Assembly (NCBI GenBank): GCA_040876265.1
Contig: JBBDPN010000001.1
Coordinates: 374,208 to 438,207 of the forward strand
Reading direction: 5' to 3'
DNA: 64,000 bases
Origin: Candidatus Woykebacteria bacterium
GTDB lineage: Bacteria > Patescibacteriota > Microgenomatia > Woykebacterales > RBG-16-39-9b
Position numbers and translations under genes: made by a program. Positions 9,979-19,331 of the stretch are shown one piece after another; position 1 is the first letter of the stretch; each line of letters begins with the position of its first letter. A model generated the notes under the pieces. The model saw only the letters and a program-made list of their open reading frames with translations. It had not been told where the DNA came from and ran no database searches.

Positions 9979-11036
9979 ACCAAACTTTCGTACACCTTTT
10001 TGTACTGCTCGGCAATTACCGGTGCATCGTGATATTTTTTTACAAACTCATACCCTTTCTTACCGATATTGGAGAGTTTTTCCTTATTTTTTATTATATC
10101 TTCCAAGACATCTTCCAAATCATCTTTATTAGCATTTATAATTGGGATTTCATCGCCAAAAGGGACAAGTTTTTTATACTCTTCTTTAATAAAACAGATG
10201 ACTGGCTTTTCTAAAGCCATCGCTTCTACTGCAAATCCACCATACCACCCTATCAACAGCTGATCAACAACAACATCGGATAGATTTAGCTCCCTCAATA
10301 ATTCTTCTCGTGAAATGTTTTTTGTTAGTTTCAATTCGACATTGTAGCCTTTGTTCTTTAGACTTTTAACCGTCTTCGCTAGGTATCTCGTACCCTTTAT
10401 GTCCTCATTAGTAGGAGCATGGAATATCAAAAATTTCTTTTTGGTAGTTACTGCAGATTTGTAGCTACGAATCGAACCTATATTCCTAGGGTATGGAATT
10501 ACGGCATCGTATCTAGCTACTGACCTCACTAGCCAAGGACCCATGAGAGTTATTCGATCCGAATGGGAAACGATAAATTCCTTTCTCCTATTTAACCAAT
10601 TAATAAAACTTGCACCCTGTTTTTTGTAGAAATTATTATACGGGCTACCCGCTCCATATTTTTTTACCGAACCTCCAATATCAAACACATCCGAACCGGT
10701 GAACGTGTTTACGATTTTCTTTCCCAAAATTTTTAAAACAATATGATCTACCCTGTAGTGGAAAAATGTATAGCAAGAGTAAAAGTGAAAAACATCGTAC
10801 TTTAAAACAGCTCTGACCAATAATAGTACTCCAAAGGCTTTCTGCAGAAATATATTTTTAGGTCTCCTTATCCGGACATCCACTGTTACATCCCGCCATT
10901 TATCGGTAAAACCCCAGAAATCTACTTTCAAACCTTGGCTCCTTAGGACTCTAGTAAAACTAGATATGCCGGGTGCTCCTGCATTATTAAAACCGACAAA
11001 AATTCTTTTCTTTTTTAATGCCTCTTCTTTATCCAT
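9975..11036 (-). CDS. GT-B fold glycosyltransferase (GT4-like)
   Basis: HAPTNEDIKGT, VVDQL..GWYG..AVEAMALEKPV. Confidence 0.85.
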   Translation of the reverse strand: MDKEEALKKKRIFVGFNNAGAPGISSFTRVLRSQGLKVDFWGFTDKWRDVTVDVRIRRPKNIFLQKAFGVLLLVRAVLKYDVFHFYSCYTFFHYRVDHIVLKILGKKIVNTFTGSDVFDIGGSVKKYGAGSPYNNFYKKQGASFINWLNRRKEFIVSHSDRITLMGPWLVRSVARYDAVIPYPRNIGSIRSYKSAVTTKKKFLIFHAPTNEDIKGTRYLAKTVKSLKNKGYNVELKLTKNISREELLRELNLSDVVVDQLLIGWYGGFAVEAMALEKPVICFIKEEYKKLVPFGDEIPIINANKDDLEDVLEDIIKNKEKLSNIGKKGYEFVKKYHDAPVIAEQYKKVYESLV

Positions 11037-11039
11037 CAG

Positions 11040-12023
11040 CTACTTTTCCGAGGCCGTTATATAATCTTTCATTTCCTCAATCGTTTCCCTAAGTTTATCC
11101 TTAAAGTTAGTAGAAAATTCCATGCCTAATCTTTTAATCTTGGAGTTATCAACCTCAAATATTTTTATATCACCCACTACCCAATCCTTGTAAATAATGT
11201 TATTTTTCTTTGGTTTTCCAAAACTTTCTAAAACGAGTTCCGCCAACTCTCCCACCGTCACTTTTATACCTGAAGCGCAGTTGTAAATCTCACCTCTAGC
11301 ACGATCGTCCGTTGCAACAAGTAAATTCGCTTTTACAACGTCACCTACATATGTAAAGGAGCGTTGTTGAGTGCCATCACCAAATATAGTAATTGGCTCG
11401 TCCCGAAGCATATTTCGGATGAAAATAGCCACCACCCCACCAAAATCTCCAAAATCTTGCCGGGGACCAAAAACATGAAAATATCTTAAAACCGTTGTAT
11501 CTAAACCAAATGACCTTTCAAAAAGTTTTGCGTATTTTTCACCAGCCAACTTGCTTACCCCATAGACAGAGGTGGGATTTAAGGGGTGATCTTCCGTCTG
11601 TGGAAATTGCATGGGTTCACCGTATACTGACCCTGTGGACGCATGAACAAATTTTTTTACTCCACTATCCCTTGCAAGCTCCAGAAGATTGAACGTCCCT
11701 TTAGCATTTACATCCAAATCCCTCCTGGGATCTTTTAGGGAAACGGTTTTTTTTGACGCTGCGTTATGAAACACAACATCAACATCTTTAAAATGTTTTT
11801 TCAACCCATCAAAATCGCAAACATCCACATCTGCTTCTTTAAAATTCCTAAATCTTTTAAGATGTTCTACATTTTTTGCTTTACCGGCCACGTAATTATC
11901 TACTGAAATAACTTCCAAACCTGAGTTTACTAACTCTTCACAAACGTGAGAACCAATAAAACCAGCTCCTCCAGTCACCAATGCTTTTTTATACTTATCT
12001 TGTAATTTCTTCCTTAAACCCAT
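11040..12023 (-). CDS. NAD-dependent epimerase/dehydratase (extended SDR)
   Basis: VTGGAGFIGSH, YGVSK, LRYFHVFGPRQ; ATG at 12023 overlaps the upstream stop. Confidence 0.9.
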   Translation of the reverse strand: MGLRKKLQDKYKKALVTGGAGFIGSHVCEELVNSGLEVISVDNYVAGKAKNVEHLKRFRNFKEADVDVCDFDGLKKHFKDVDVVFHNAASKKTVSLKDPRRDLDVNAKGTFNLLELARDSGVKKFVHASTGSVYGEPMQFPQTEDHPLNPTSVYGVSKLAGEKYAKLFERSFGLDTTVLRYFHVFGPRQDFGDFGGVVAIFIRNMLRDEPITIFGDGTQQRSFTYVGDVVKANLLVATDDRARGEIYNCASGIKVTVGELAELVLESFGKPKKNNIIYKDWVVGDIKIFEVDNSKIKRLGMEFSTNFKDKLRETIEEMKDYITASEK

Positions 12024-12532
12024 TAGAACCTCCTTTTTATTAATTTCGCCGGGACCCCGGCATATACGCAATTATCGTCCAAATCTTTTGTAACAACTGA
12101 CCCAGCTCCAACAACCACTCCGGAACCTATTTTTACTCCTGGTAATATTATTACGTTAGCTCCAATCCAAACATCATCGCCTATCTTAACTGCTTTTTTA
12201 ATCAACTTACCCTCTCTTATTTTTGCGCCTGGGTTATCGTAGGGGTGGGTTGAAGAAAAAATTTTTGTTCCCACCGCGATAGAAACGTCATTACCTATTT
12301 TTACTCCTCCGTAACCAGATATCAAGCAAAATTGTTGAATACTAACATTGTTGCCAATTTCGATATTTTCAGGCTCAGTAACAAATGTTGCCGGTCCTAC
12401 AATAACTGATCGACCCATATTTTTTAACAAAAATCCTAACGCTGAGCGCCTTAAACGTTTAAAAAATCTTCCTTCCCTGTATCGGAATGTCGTAACTGTA
12501 AATTCAGCTAGTTTTCTTTTTAAATTACCCAT
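12023..12532 (-). CDS. Hexapeptide-repeat (LbH) O-acetyltransferase
   Basis: IGNNVSI, IGDDVWIGANVIILPGVKIG, AGVPAK. Confidence 0.9.
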   Translation of the reverse strand: MGNLKRKLAEFTVTTFRYREGRFFKRLRRSALGFLLKNMGRSVIVGPATFVTEPENIEIGNNVSIQQFCLISGYGGVKIGNDVSIAVGTKIFSSTHPYDNPGAKIREGKLIKKAVKIGDDVWIGANVIILPGVKIGSGVVVGAGSVVTKDLDDNCVYAGVPAKLIKRRF

Positions 12533-14024
12533 CGTAATTGACCCTCAGTAACCTCAAAGCTTTATTACTAGTCCTTTTAATAAATCTTTTATCGGCGTCT
12601 GTTAAAATTGCAAATTTATAAATTATCAAAAAGTACACCAAACTATAAATCAGGGTGGAAGCTATTAATCTAGGCAGATCTGGGACGTCTAGAAACAGTA
12701 TAATTGGCACAAAAACAATACCCGCTAAGACTGCTATAAAGAAATTTTTACTCACCGAGTACCATGGGAAAATATCTCTAAGTGAAAATTTCATAAATCT
12801 TTTTATCACAACTATATAATAAATAACATTTGTGAATGTAGAAATCACCGTCGCGATGGCGGGACCGATAAGACCAAGAAATACTACCAAAACGGGATTT
12901 AATACGGCGTTAACAGTAAAAAAAGCAACTGACCCTTTTAAGTTCTCTCTGGTCTTTCCAATAGCTTGTAAAATAATACCGTAACTGGCAACTCTCACAA
13001 TAAGCAAAAGAAGATAAATCCTAAAGTAGGGAACGCTGGATGCAAATTTTTCAGAATAAAGTGTAGTTATGATTTCTTTGGAAAAGACCATAGCTAATAC
13101 AAATATGGGCAGTATGACTATGCTTAATTTCCTTATTGAGTTATGCCAGATGTCTACTAGATGTTTGACTTTTCCTTCGGCATATTCTCTAGACATTTCG
13201 GGAAGTATAACCTGGGTCACAGACGACCTTATCAAACCAACGAAAGGTATTTCAGTTGCACCCAATACATAGACAGCGTAGAGCTCTGGAGGGAAGTTTA
13301 TAGAAACAACCAATTTATCAAACTCCCACGCTATTATACCTACAACAGAAGTCAGGGCTAAGGGAATACCGTAAGCTAACTGCGCTTTATAATTTTTTAG
13401 ATCAATTTTCATCAAAGTTTTTAGGCTGAGAAGATTTTTAGTGTATACAATGGCGAAAATTGGAAGCAGAAGACTGATAAGAGAAACCGATAGGACAATT
13501 AAAACTAAGTTTTTATTAAAGATAAGTGCGCTTGCGATAGTAAAGGAAAAGATTAAAACACCTTTAGCCAGTGGATAAACCAACAGCATTTTTACCCTGT
13601 TATAAAGTACTAAAATGGGCTGGAAAAATTGCTCGCTGACATGGGCAAAAGCGTATACTCCAAATACAATTAATAGTATTCCAAGCTGAGGATTCTGCAT
13701 CAATTTAGGTGCCCATAAAGAAGAAAGAGAAACAAATACCCCCAGCAGCAAACCCAGAATAAACAAAAGACTTATTGATCTTGCCACGAATAATTTCTTT
13801 TCGTCCTCTTTTTTTAATCTAGCTAAAAAATAATAAATACTTGCTGGTATACCTGTAATGAAAATGGGCGCAAGTAAATGGTAAATTAAGAAAATTTGTT
13901 TATAGGTACCTAGATCAGCTTGGGTCAAGATACGTGCTAATATGACCGTAGATAGAACCGTTATTAACTGAGCAATCCCAGCTCCAAACGCAATGACAGC
14001 TGCTTTTGAACTTAGATTAGACAT
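12525..14024 (-). CDS. wzx: Oligosaccharide flippase (Wzx/MOP family)
   Basis: About 12-14 TM helices, ILARIL..DLG.Y, FDKLVV, located in glycan cluster. Confidence 0.85.
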   Translation of the reverse strand: MSNLSSKAAVIAFGAGIAQLITVLSTVILARILTQADLGTYKQIFLIYHLLAPIFITGIPASIYYFLARLKKEDEKKLFVARSISLLFILGLLLGVFVSLSSLWAPKLMQNPQLGILLIVFGVYAFAHVSEQFFQPILVLYNRVKMLLVYPLAKGVLIFSFTIASALIFNKNLVLIVLSVSLISLLLPIFAIVYTKNLLSLKTLMKIDLKNYKAQLAYGIPLALTSVVGIIAWEFDKLVVSINFPPELYAVYVLGATEIPFVGLIRSSVTQVILPEMSREYAEGKVKHLVDIWHNSIRKLSIVILPIFVLAMVFSKEIITTLYSEKFASSVPYFRIYLLLLIVRVASYGIILQAIGKTRENLKGSVAFFTVNAVLNPVLVVFLGLIGPAIATVISTFTNVIYYIVVIKRFMKFSLRDIFPWYSVSKNFFIAVLAGIVFVPIILFLDVPDLPRLIASTLIYSLVYFLIIYKFAILTDADKRFIKRTSNKALRLLRVNYDG

Positions 14025-14025
14025 T

Positions 14026-14247
14026 TTAGAAAATTTTTAAGGCTCTAACAATTGTATCTAATTCTTTAGAGCTTAAACTTGGATGTATAGGTATTGAAAC
14101 AACTTCCTTAGCAACCGCTTCCGAATTTGGAAATTTTTGCTTTGAATAGCCTTTAAATGCTTTTTGTTTGTGTAAAGGCACCGGGTAGTAGATACCGTAA
14201 CCAATTCCTGCCTCGCCTATTCTTTTGGAAAGTAATTGGTGATTCAC
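14026..14247 (-). pseudogene. Orphan C-terminal fragment of a DegT aminotransferase (diverged duplicate of the 3' end of 14933..16000)
   Basis: IGYGIYYPVPLHKQKAF...SIPIHP aligns with IGYGIYYPLPIHKQKPF...SLPVNP. Confidence 0.85.
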
Positions 14248-14250
14248 AGC

Positions 14251-14673
14251 TTACCTTCTTTCATATTCAACCAAAAACTCGTCGGCAGTTATAATTTTAA
14301 CATCTCCAAATTTCTTCAGTGGCAAAATATGCTTTTTATCTCCGGAAATTATGAAATCTGCCTTTGCCTCGACCGCTGCTTCCAGAAACATGTTATCTGT
14401 CTTATACTTTATTATGGATAATCTTTGCTTAGGATAAACAAACCGGGCGATTTCCTTAATGGACTGTAAAGCTGCCAAAACACTCTCATCACGCCACTTA
14501 AACTTTTGGGATAACACTTTCGCCACCTCACTAATAATTGCCGGTGAAACGATCAATTCTATTTTATTTTCGGTTGCTAGGAAAAATATTTTTTCTGGCT
14601 TCCCGCCAAAAATCAGAGCAGAAATATAAATATTGGTATCAAGGACGACCCTAGGTTTCCCCTCTGAACTCAT
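14251..14673 (-). CDS. PIN-domain toxin (VapC-like)
   Basis: RVVLDTNIYISA, DNMFLEAA, IISGDKKHIL. Confidence 0.9.
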   Translation of the reverse strand: MSSEGKPRVVLDTNIYISALIFGGKPEKIFFLATENKIELIVSPAIISEVAKVLSQKFKWRDESVLAALQSIKEIARFVYPKQRLSIIKYKTDNMFLEAAVEAKADFIISGDKKHILPLKKFGDVKIITADEFLVEYERR

Positions 14674-14902
14674 GGATTAGCCTATCTATGTCGTCCTCAT
14701 TTTTAATATTAAATTTTATACCTGTATCTTCACCTAATTTGCGAAGGCTCTTCCAACCCTCTCTCCAATCTGATTTTCTTTTTAAATTCACTACCGAACG
14801 AATAAACTCGCTCTTAGTTTTACCCTCGGTTTTAGCAAGATTGCTAACTACTTTATAGGTTTCTTCTGGCAACGACACGGAAAGTATTTTTGTTCTCCTC
14901 AT
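14651..14902 (-). CDS. Ribbon-helix-helix (CopG-like) antitoxin
   Basis: ILSVSLPE...LAKTEGKTKSEFIR; overlaps the PIN gene start. Confidence 0.85.
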   Translation of the reverse strand: MRRTKILSVSLPEETYKVVSNLAKTEGKTKSEFIRSVVNLKRKSDWREGWKSLRKLGEDTGIKFNIKNEDDIDRLIHEFRGET

Positions 14903-14932
14903 AGTATTACTAAGTATTACAAATAAATCACG

Positions 14933-16000
14933 CTATGTCAACAATCGGGATATCGTGTCAATATCCCTTTTAGAGACGCTAGGATTTACAGGCAACGAAA
15001 GAACTTTTTTTGCAGATTTTTCGGATTCTGGAAATTTCTGATTTGAATAGGTTTTAAACGGTTTTTGCTTATGGATAGGCAGAGGATAGTAAATACCATA
15101 ACCAATGTCAGCCTTTTTAAGTCTGGCTATTAGCGAATCGCGATTGGCGGTTCGGATAGTGTATTGATGAAAAACATGCCGATAACCTCCTGGGACGTGT
15201 GGAGTGATTAGTTCATTGTTCATAGCTCTTAGTTTTCTAGTTAAAAAATCGGCGTTTTCTATTCTTTTCTTTGTAAAACTTTCGAGTTTTTTTAGTTGTT
15301 CTATACCAATAACAGCAGCTATATTGGTCATCCGGAAGTTGTACCCAAGGGTGTCGTGATAATAGAGTTTCTGCATTCCCTGGTTCCTAAAAAGCTTTGC
15401 GCGAGCCGCCAGCTGCGAGTCGTTTGTGGTGACCATCCCACCCTCTCCGGTAGTCATATTCTTGGTTGGGTAAAAGGAGAATGTCGCTGCTAGACCCCAA
15501 GTTCCTGCTTTTTTACCACGGATATCCGCTCCATGAGCCTGGGCCGCGTCCTCTATAACAATTAGTTTATGTTTCTTGGCAATCTTGTTGATTGTTTCCA
15601 TATCAGCCATAAGACCGTAGAGATGAACTGGGATAATAGCTTTAGTTTTCTTAGTAATTGCAGCTTCAATTAGTTTAGGATTTATATTGTAGGTTTCCGG
15701 ATCGATATCAACAAATACTGGCTTCGCACCTGTAAAAAGAATTGTCGAGGCAGTCGCAAAAAAGGTAAATGGAGTAGTGATTACTTCATCGCCAGGACCA
15801 ACACTGGCAGCAGTCAAAGCCACCATCAGAGCACTGGTACCGTTGTCCGTGGCAACTGCGTACTTCATCCCACAATACCCTGCAAACGCTTCTTCAAATT
15901 CCGCAACTACCTCGCCTTGAGCCAGTTTACCACTCCTTAGTACCTCTAACACAGCTCTTTCCTCTTCCTTTCCGATTATCGGTTTCGCAATTGGTATCAT
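14933..16000 (-). CDS. DegT/DnrJ/EryC1/StrS aminotransferase (WbpE-like)
   Basis: NGTSAL, PVHLYG, EDAAQAHG, FSFYPTKNMTTGEGG. Confidence 0.95.
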   Translation of the reverse strand: MIPIAKPIIGKEEERAVLEVLRSGKLAQGEVVAEFEEAFAGYCGMKYAVATDNGTSALMVALTAASVGPGDEVITTPFTFFATASTILFTGAKPVFVDIDPETYNINPKLIEAAITKKTKAIIPVHLYGLMADMETINKIAKKHKLIVIEDAAQAHGADIRGKKAGTWGLAATFSFYPTKNMTTGEGGMVTTNDSQLAARAKLFRNQGMQKLYYHDTLGYNFRMTNIAAVIGIEQLKKLESFTKKRIENADFLTRKLRAMNNELITPHVPGGYRHVFHQYTIRTANRDSLIARLKKADIGYGIYYPLPIHKQKPFKTYSNQKFPESEKSAKKVLSLPVNPSVSKRDIDTISRLLT

Positions 16001-16512
16001 ATCCCTTTTACCTTCTCTCCTTTCTCGTTCGCGTAACCAACAAGCTTGGCTGGATTGCCGACAACAATTCCGTAGTCAGGTACATCGCGAGTTACGACCG
16101 CTCCGGCTCCCACCAGAGCCCATTTTCCGATTGTTATATCCGGTAGGATAGTAGCGTTTGCGCCGATCGCTGACCCATACTTAACTCGCGTTTTAGAAAC
16201 TTTCCAGTCGCTTCCGCCTTTCGGAGTACCGTACGGATTTATTGCCCTGGGATTTTTATCATTGGTGAAACAAACATGAGGACCGAGAAAAACTCCAGCC
16301 TCAATTTCCACGCCGTGGTAAACGGAAACGTTATTTTGTATCTTGCAGTTGTCACCGATTTTTACATCTCTATCTATATAAACATTTTTGCCCAGGACGC
16401 AGTTTTTCCCGATGATTGCTCCCTCTCGTACTTGGGAATTGTTCCAAATGACGACATCTTTGCCAATTTTTGCTTTTTTCGAAACATCCGCGCTTTGGTG
16501 GATCCTCATCAA
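15997..16512 (-). CDS. N-acetyltransferase, LbH (WbpD-like)
   Basis: CKIQNNVSVYHGV, FTNDKNPRA, GNPAK. Confidence 0.9.
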   Translation of the reverse strand: MMRIHQSADVSKKAKIGKDVVIWNNSQVREGAIIGKNCVLGKNVYIDRDVKIGDNCKIQNNVSVYHGVEIEAGVFLGPHVCFTNDKNPRAINPYGTPKGGSDWKVSKTRVKYGSAIGANATILPDITIGKWALVGAGAVVTRDVPDYGIVVGNPAKLVGYANEKGEKVKGI

Positions 16513-17585
16513 ACCCTACCTTCCTTTAGCCTTATGTTCTCTGTTGCTAAGGTAGCAATCCGCAAAGCATGAAGGGCATCTTCGGCGCTTACAAAAGGAG
16601 GGTTACCATTTGCTACTGAATCTACGAAATGCTCAAGCTGAAGTCTTAGTGGCTCCACGGTATCAACCGGGATTTTCTTACCCTTGCTCTCCTTGAATTT
16701 ACCGACAAAATCCTCAAAATCGTCAAACTCCTGAGTGTACTGCGTATCGAACAAAATTAGATCTTGAGTAATTAGATTTACCACCGCGTAACCTTTTGTT
16801 CCTGTCACGTTTAACTTTCGAATTTTCACTGGGGTAAGCCAATTTACCTGGACATGACCGGTTACTTTTAACCCATCACTGTTAGCCGGGTATTCCAAAA
16901 AAATATCAGCGTAATCTTCGTGTTTGCGTAAAATCACTCTACCACCAGAAGCGTAAACATTTATCGGGTGGCCGTCTAGTATAAAATTAAGCAGATCAAT
17001 ATCGTGCACACCAATATCCAGGACCACGTTGGCATCTTTTACCCGGGCCGGCACAACACCGGTGCGACGAGCCATGATTGAAACGATCGTACCAAGCTTA
17101 CCTTCTTTGATGAGTTCTTTAAGCTTCGAGACAGCTGGGTTGAACCTTTCGATATGGCCAACAGTTAGTTTAAGCTTCTTGCCCTTAGCAGATTCTATTA
17201 TCTCTTTTGCTTCTTCCAGATTAGTAGATATTGGCTTCTCAATCAAAATATTACTTCCAGCCTCCAAAGCGTCCAGAGCAACACTGTGGTGCCAACGCGT
17301 TGGAGTGGAGATAGTAACAATATCCGGCTTCTCTCTTTTTAACATCTCGCTATAGTCTTTATAATATTTCGCCGCGTAGAGATTTGCTATTTTCTTTCCG
17401 GCCCTCTCATCGAGATCGCTTATCGCGACAAGATCTACCGCTGGTAGCTGGGCGTAATTTCGAGCGTGGTGACGCCCCATATTACCTACTCCAATCACCG
17501 CCGCCTTCAAAATTTTTGCTGGTTTAGTTCTTTGTTTTGAGCTAATAGTTTTTTCTTTTTTTGTTTTTACTTTTGTAGTTTTCAT
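16509..17585 (-). CDS. Gfo/Idh/MocA oxidoreductase (WbpB-like 3-dehydrogenase)
   Basis: VIGVGNMGRHHAR, IEKP, GHIERFNPA, DIGVHDID; ATG at 17585 preferred. Confidence 0.9.
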   Translation of the reverse strand: MKTTKVKTKKEKTISSKQRTKPAKILKAAVIGVGNMGRHHARNYAQLPAVDLVAISDLDERAGKKIANLYAAKYYKDYSEMLKREKPDIVTISTPTRWHHSVALDALEAGSNILIEKPISTNLEEAKEIIESAKGKKLKLTVGHIERFNPAVSKLKELIKEGKLGTIVSIMARRTGVVPARVKDANVVLDIGVHDIDLLNFILDGHPINVYASGGRVILRKHEDYADIFLEYPANSDGLKVTGHVQVNWLTPVKIRKLNVTGTKGYAVVNLITQDLILFDTQYTQEFDDFEDFVGKFKESKGKKIPVDTVEPLRLQLEHFVDSVANGNPPFVSAEDALHALRIATLATENIRLKEGRV

Positions 17586-17629
17586 AAAATTTAGCTCTAA
17601 GCTATGAACTAACAACTATTAACTAAATA

Positions 17630-18964
17630 CTAAATGTTTCCAACTCCTTTGTATATAAATCCTAGCTTTCTGGATTTTTCCTTATCAAAAATATTTCTGC
17701 CGTCAATTATAACCGGTGTTTTCATCAAGGATTTTATTTTTTTCAAATCAAGTCTCTTGTAATCATTGTGAGCCACCATAAAAACCGCTGCATCTGCGTC
17801 TTTCAAAGTTTTTTTTAAGTCAATTTTGTACCCATCAACAAACGGATCTTGAATCACTAAGTTCTTCACCTTAGCTTTGAGTTTTGGAACCAGATATTGC
17901 GTTGGAGTATCCCTGGTATCATCCGAATTGGCAAGAAATGAGTAACCAAGCACAGCTACAGACGCATCCTTCATTTTAACTCCTACCTCTTTTAAAGCCG
18001 CTTCTAAAAGATTGACCATGTGAGTCGGCATAAAATCATTGACCTTACGAACAGTTTCGACTAAGTCCACGGCGGTTTTGGCCTCGGCCTCTTTATCACC
18101 TCTCAAAAAAGATACCTGCAATAGCCCATCTTTGGGTATGCAGTGACCACCAACACCTGCACCGGGAAGATGTACATTCCTGTCTTCAACTTTGTTTACC
18201 AACTGTCGCACTTTGTAAACGTCCACCCCGAGCTTTTCGGCTGTCAAAGCAAGGGTATTAGCAAAGGCTATTTCCAGATCTCGGTAAGCGTTTTCGGCTG
18301 TCTTCACAAGTTCAGCGGTAGAGACATCCACTGGATCCAGGTCACCTTTAACGTAAGTTTTGTAAAGAGTCACCATGACTTGGGCTGTTTCCGGATCCCA
18401 TCCACCAACAACCCGGTGGTAATTTTCTACGTTTCGCAATAGCTTCCCAACCATCACTCTCTCTGGACAATTACCAAGATAGAAATCTTTTCCTACCTTC
18501 AGGCCGGACTCTTTTTCAAGGGTTGGCGCAACGAGGTTTTTCATAGTTCCAGGAGCGATAGTGGACTCAATAATAACCAGGGCTCCCTTTTTTAGATTTT
18601 GGGCGGTGCTTTTCAGAGCTGAACGAAGCGCTTCGTACTTTGGGACACGTTCTTGCTTATCGACCGGCGTCTCGACAGCAACTATAACCACATCTGCTTT
18701 TTTTAATAAAGAATAATCTGTGGTGGCGACCAGTCTACCAGTTTTGATGGTCTCCTTTACCAATTTCTCCAGCCCTGGCTCATCACCCTCGATAGGGGAT
18801 TTACCAGTCTTGATCAAATCAACTTTTTCCTGCCCCCTATTTATACCAATTACTCTAAATCCGGCTCTGGCCAACATACAGGCAACCGGTATGCCTACGT
18901 AACCCAAACCTATTACGGCAATATTCGCCTTTTTACTTTTTATTAATTTTTTCAGTTGGTTCAT
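17630..18964 (-). CDS. UDP-N-acetylhexosamine 6-dehydrogenase (WecC/WbpA family)
   Basis: IGLGYVG, ESTIAPG, PERV, KTAENAYRD, GVGGHCIPKD. Confidence 0.92.
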   Translation of the reverse strand: MNQLKKLIKSKKANIAVIGLGYVGIPVACMLARAGFRVIGINRGQEKVDLIKTGKSPIEGDEPGLEKLVKETIKTGRLVATTDYSLLKKADVVIVAVETPVDKQERVPKYEALRSALKSTAQNLKKGALVIIESTIAPGTMKNLVAPTLEKESGLKVGKDFYLGNCPERVMVGKLLRNVENYHRVVGGWDPETAQVMVTLYKTYVKGDLDPVDVSTAELVKTAENAYRDLEIAFANTLALTAEKLGVDVYKVRQLVNKVEDRNVHLPGAGVGGHCIPKDGLLQVSFLRGDKEAEAKTAVDLVETVRKVNDFMPTHMVNLLEAALKEVGVKMKDASVAVLGYSFLANSDDTRDTPTQYLVPKLKAKVKNLVIQDPFVDGYKIDLKKTLKDADAAVFMVAHNDYKRLDLKKIKSLMKTPVIIDGRNIFDKEKSRKLGFIYKGVGNI

Positions 18965-19082
18965 TTAAGAATTTCCAAAAATTTCTCGAAAGCCAATTCT
19001 AGCACAATTCTTATATAGGCTCAAACCGTGACGACTATGACTCTTGTATCAATCGCCCTGCTTGCGTTATAATCGAGCACAT

Positions 19083-19331
19083 ATGAAAATAAATCGACTA
19101 GCAAATATATCTATTTTAGTTTTAATATTTATTTCTATTTCAACCAGACAAGCAAACGCCTATCTTGATCCTGGCACCGGAAGTTACATCCTCCAACTTC
19201 TAGTCGCCGGGGGCCTTGGTGGCGCCTTTGCGGTAAAAACGTTTTGGAGTAACATAGTCTCGTTCCTTAGTAAGATTTTTGGAAGAAAAAACAAAACTGC
19301 GGCCCGCAAAAAGTCAAATGCCAAAGAGTAG
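19083..19331 (+). CDS. Small membrane protein with signal peptide and YLDPGTGS motif
   Basis: Signal-like MKINR...QANA, then YLDPGTGS, a hydrophobic helix and a basic tail; TATAAT 9 nt before the ATG; overlaps the next gene start. Confidence 0.75.
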   Translation: MKINRLANISILVLIFISISTRQANAYLDPGTGSYILQLLVAGGLGGAFAVKTFWSNIVSFLSKIFGRKNKTAARKKSNAKE

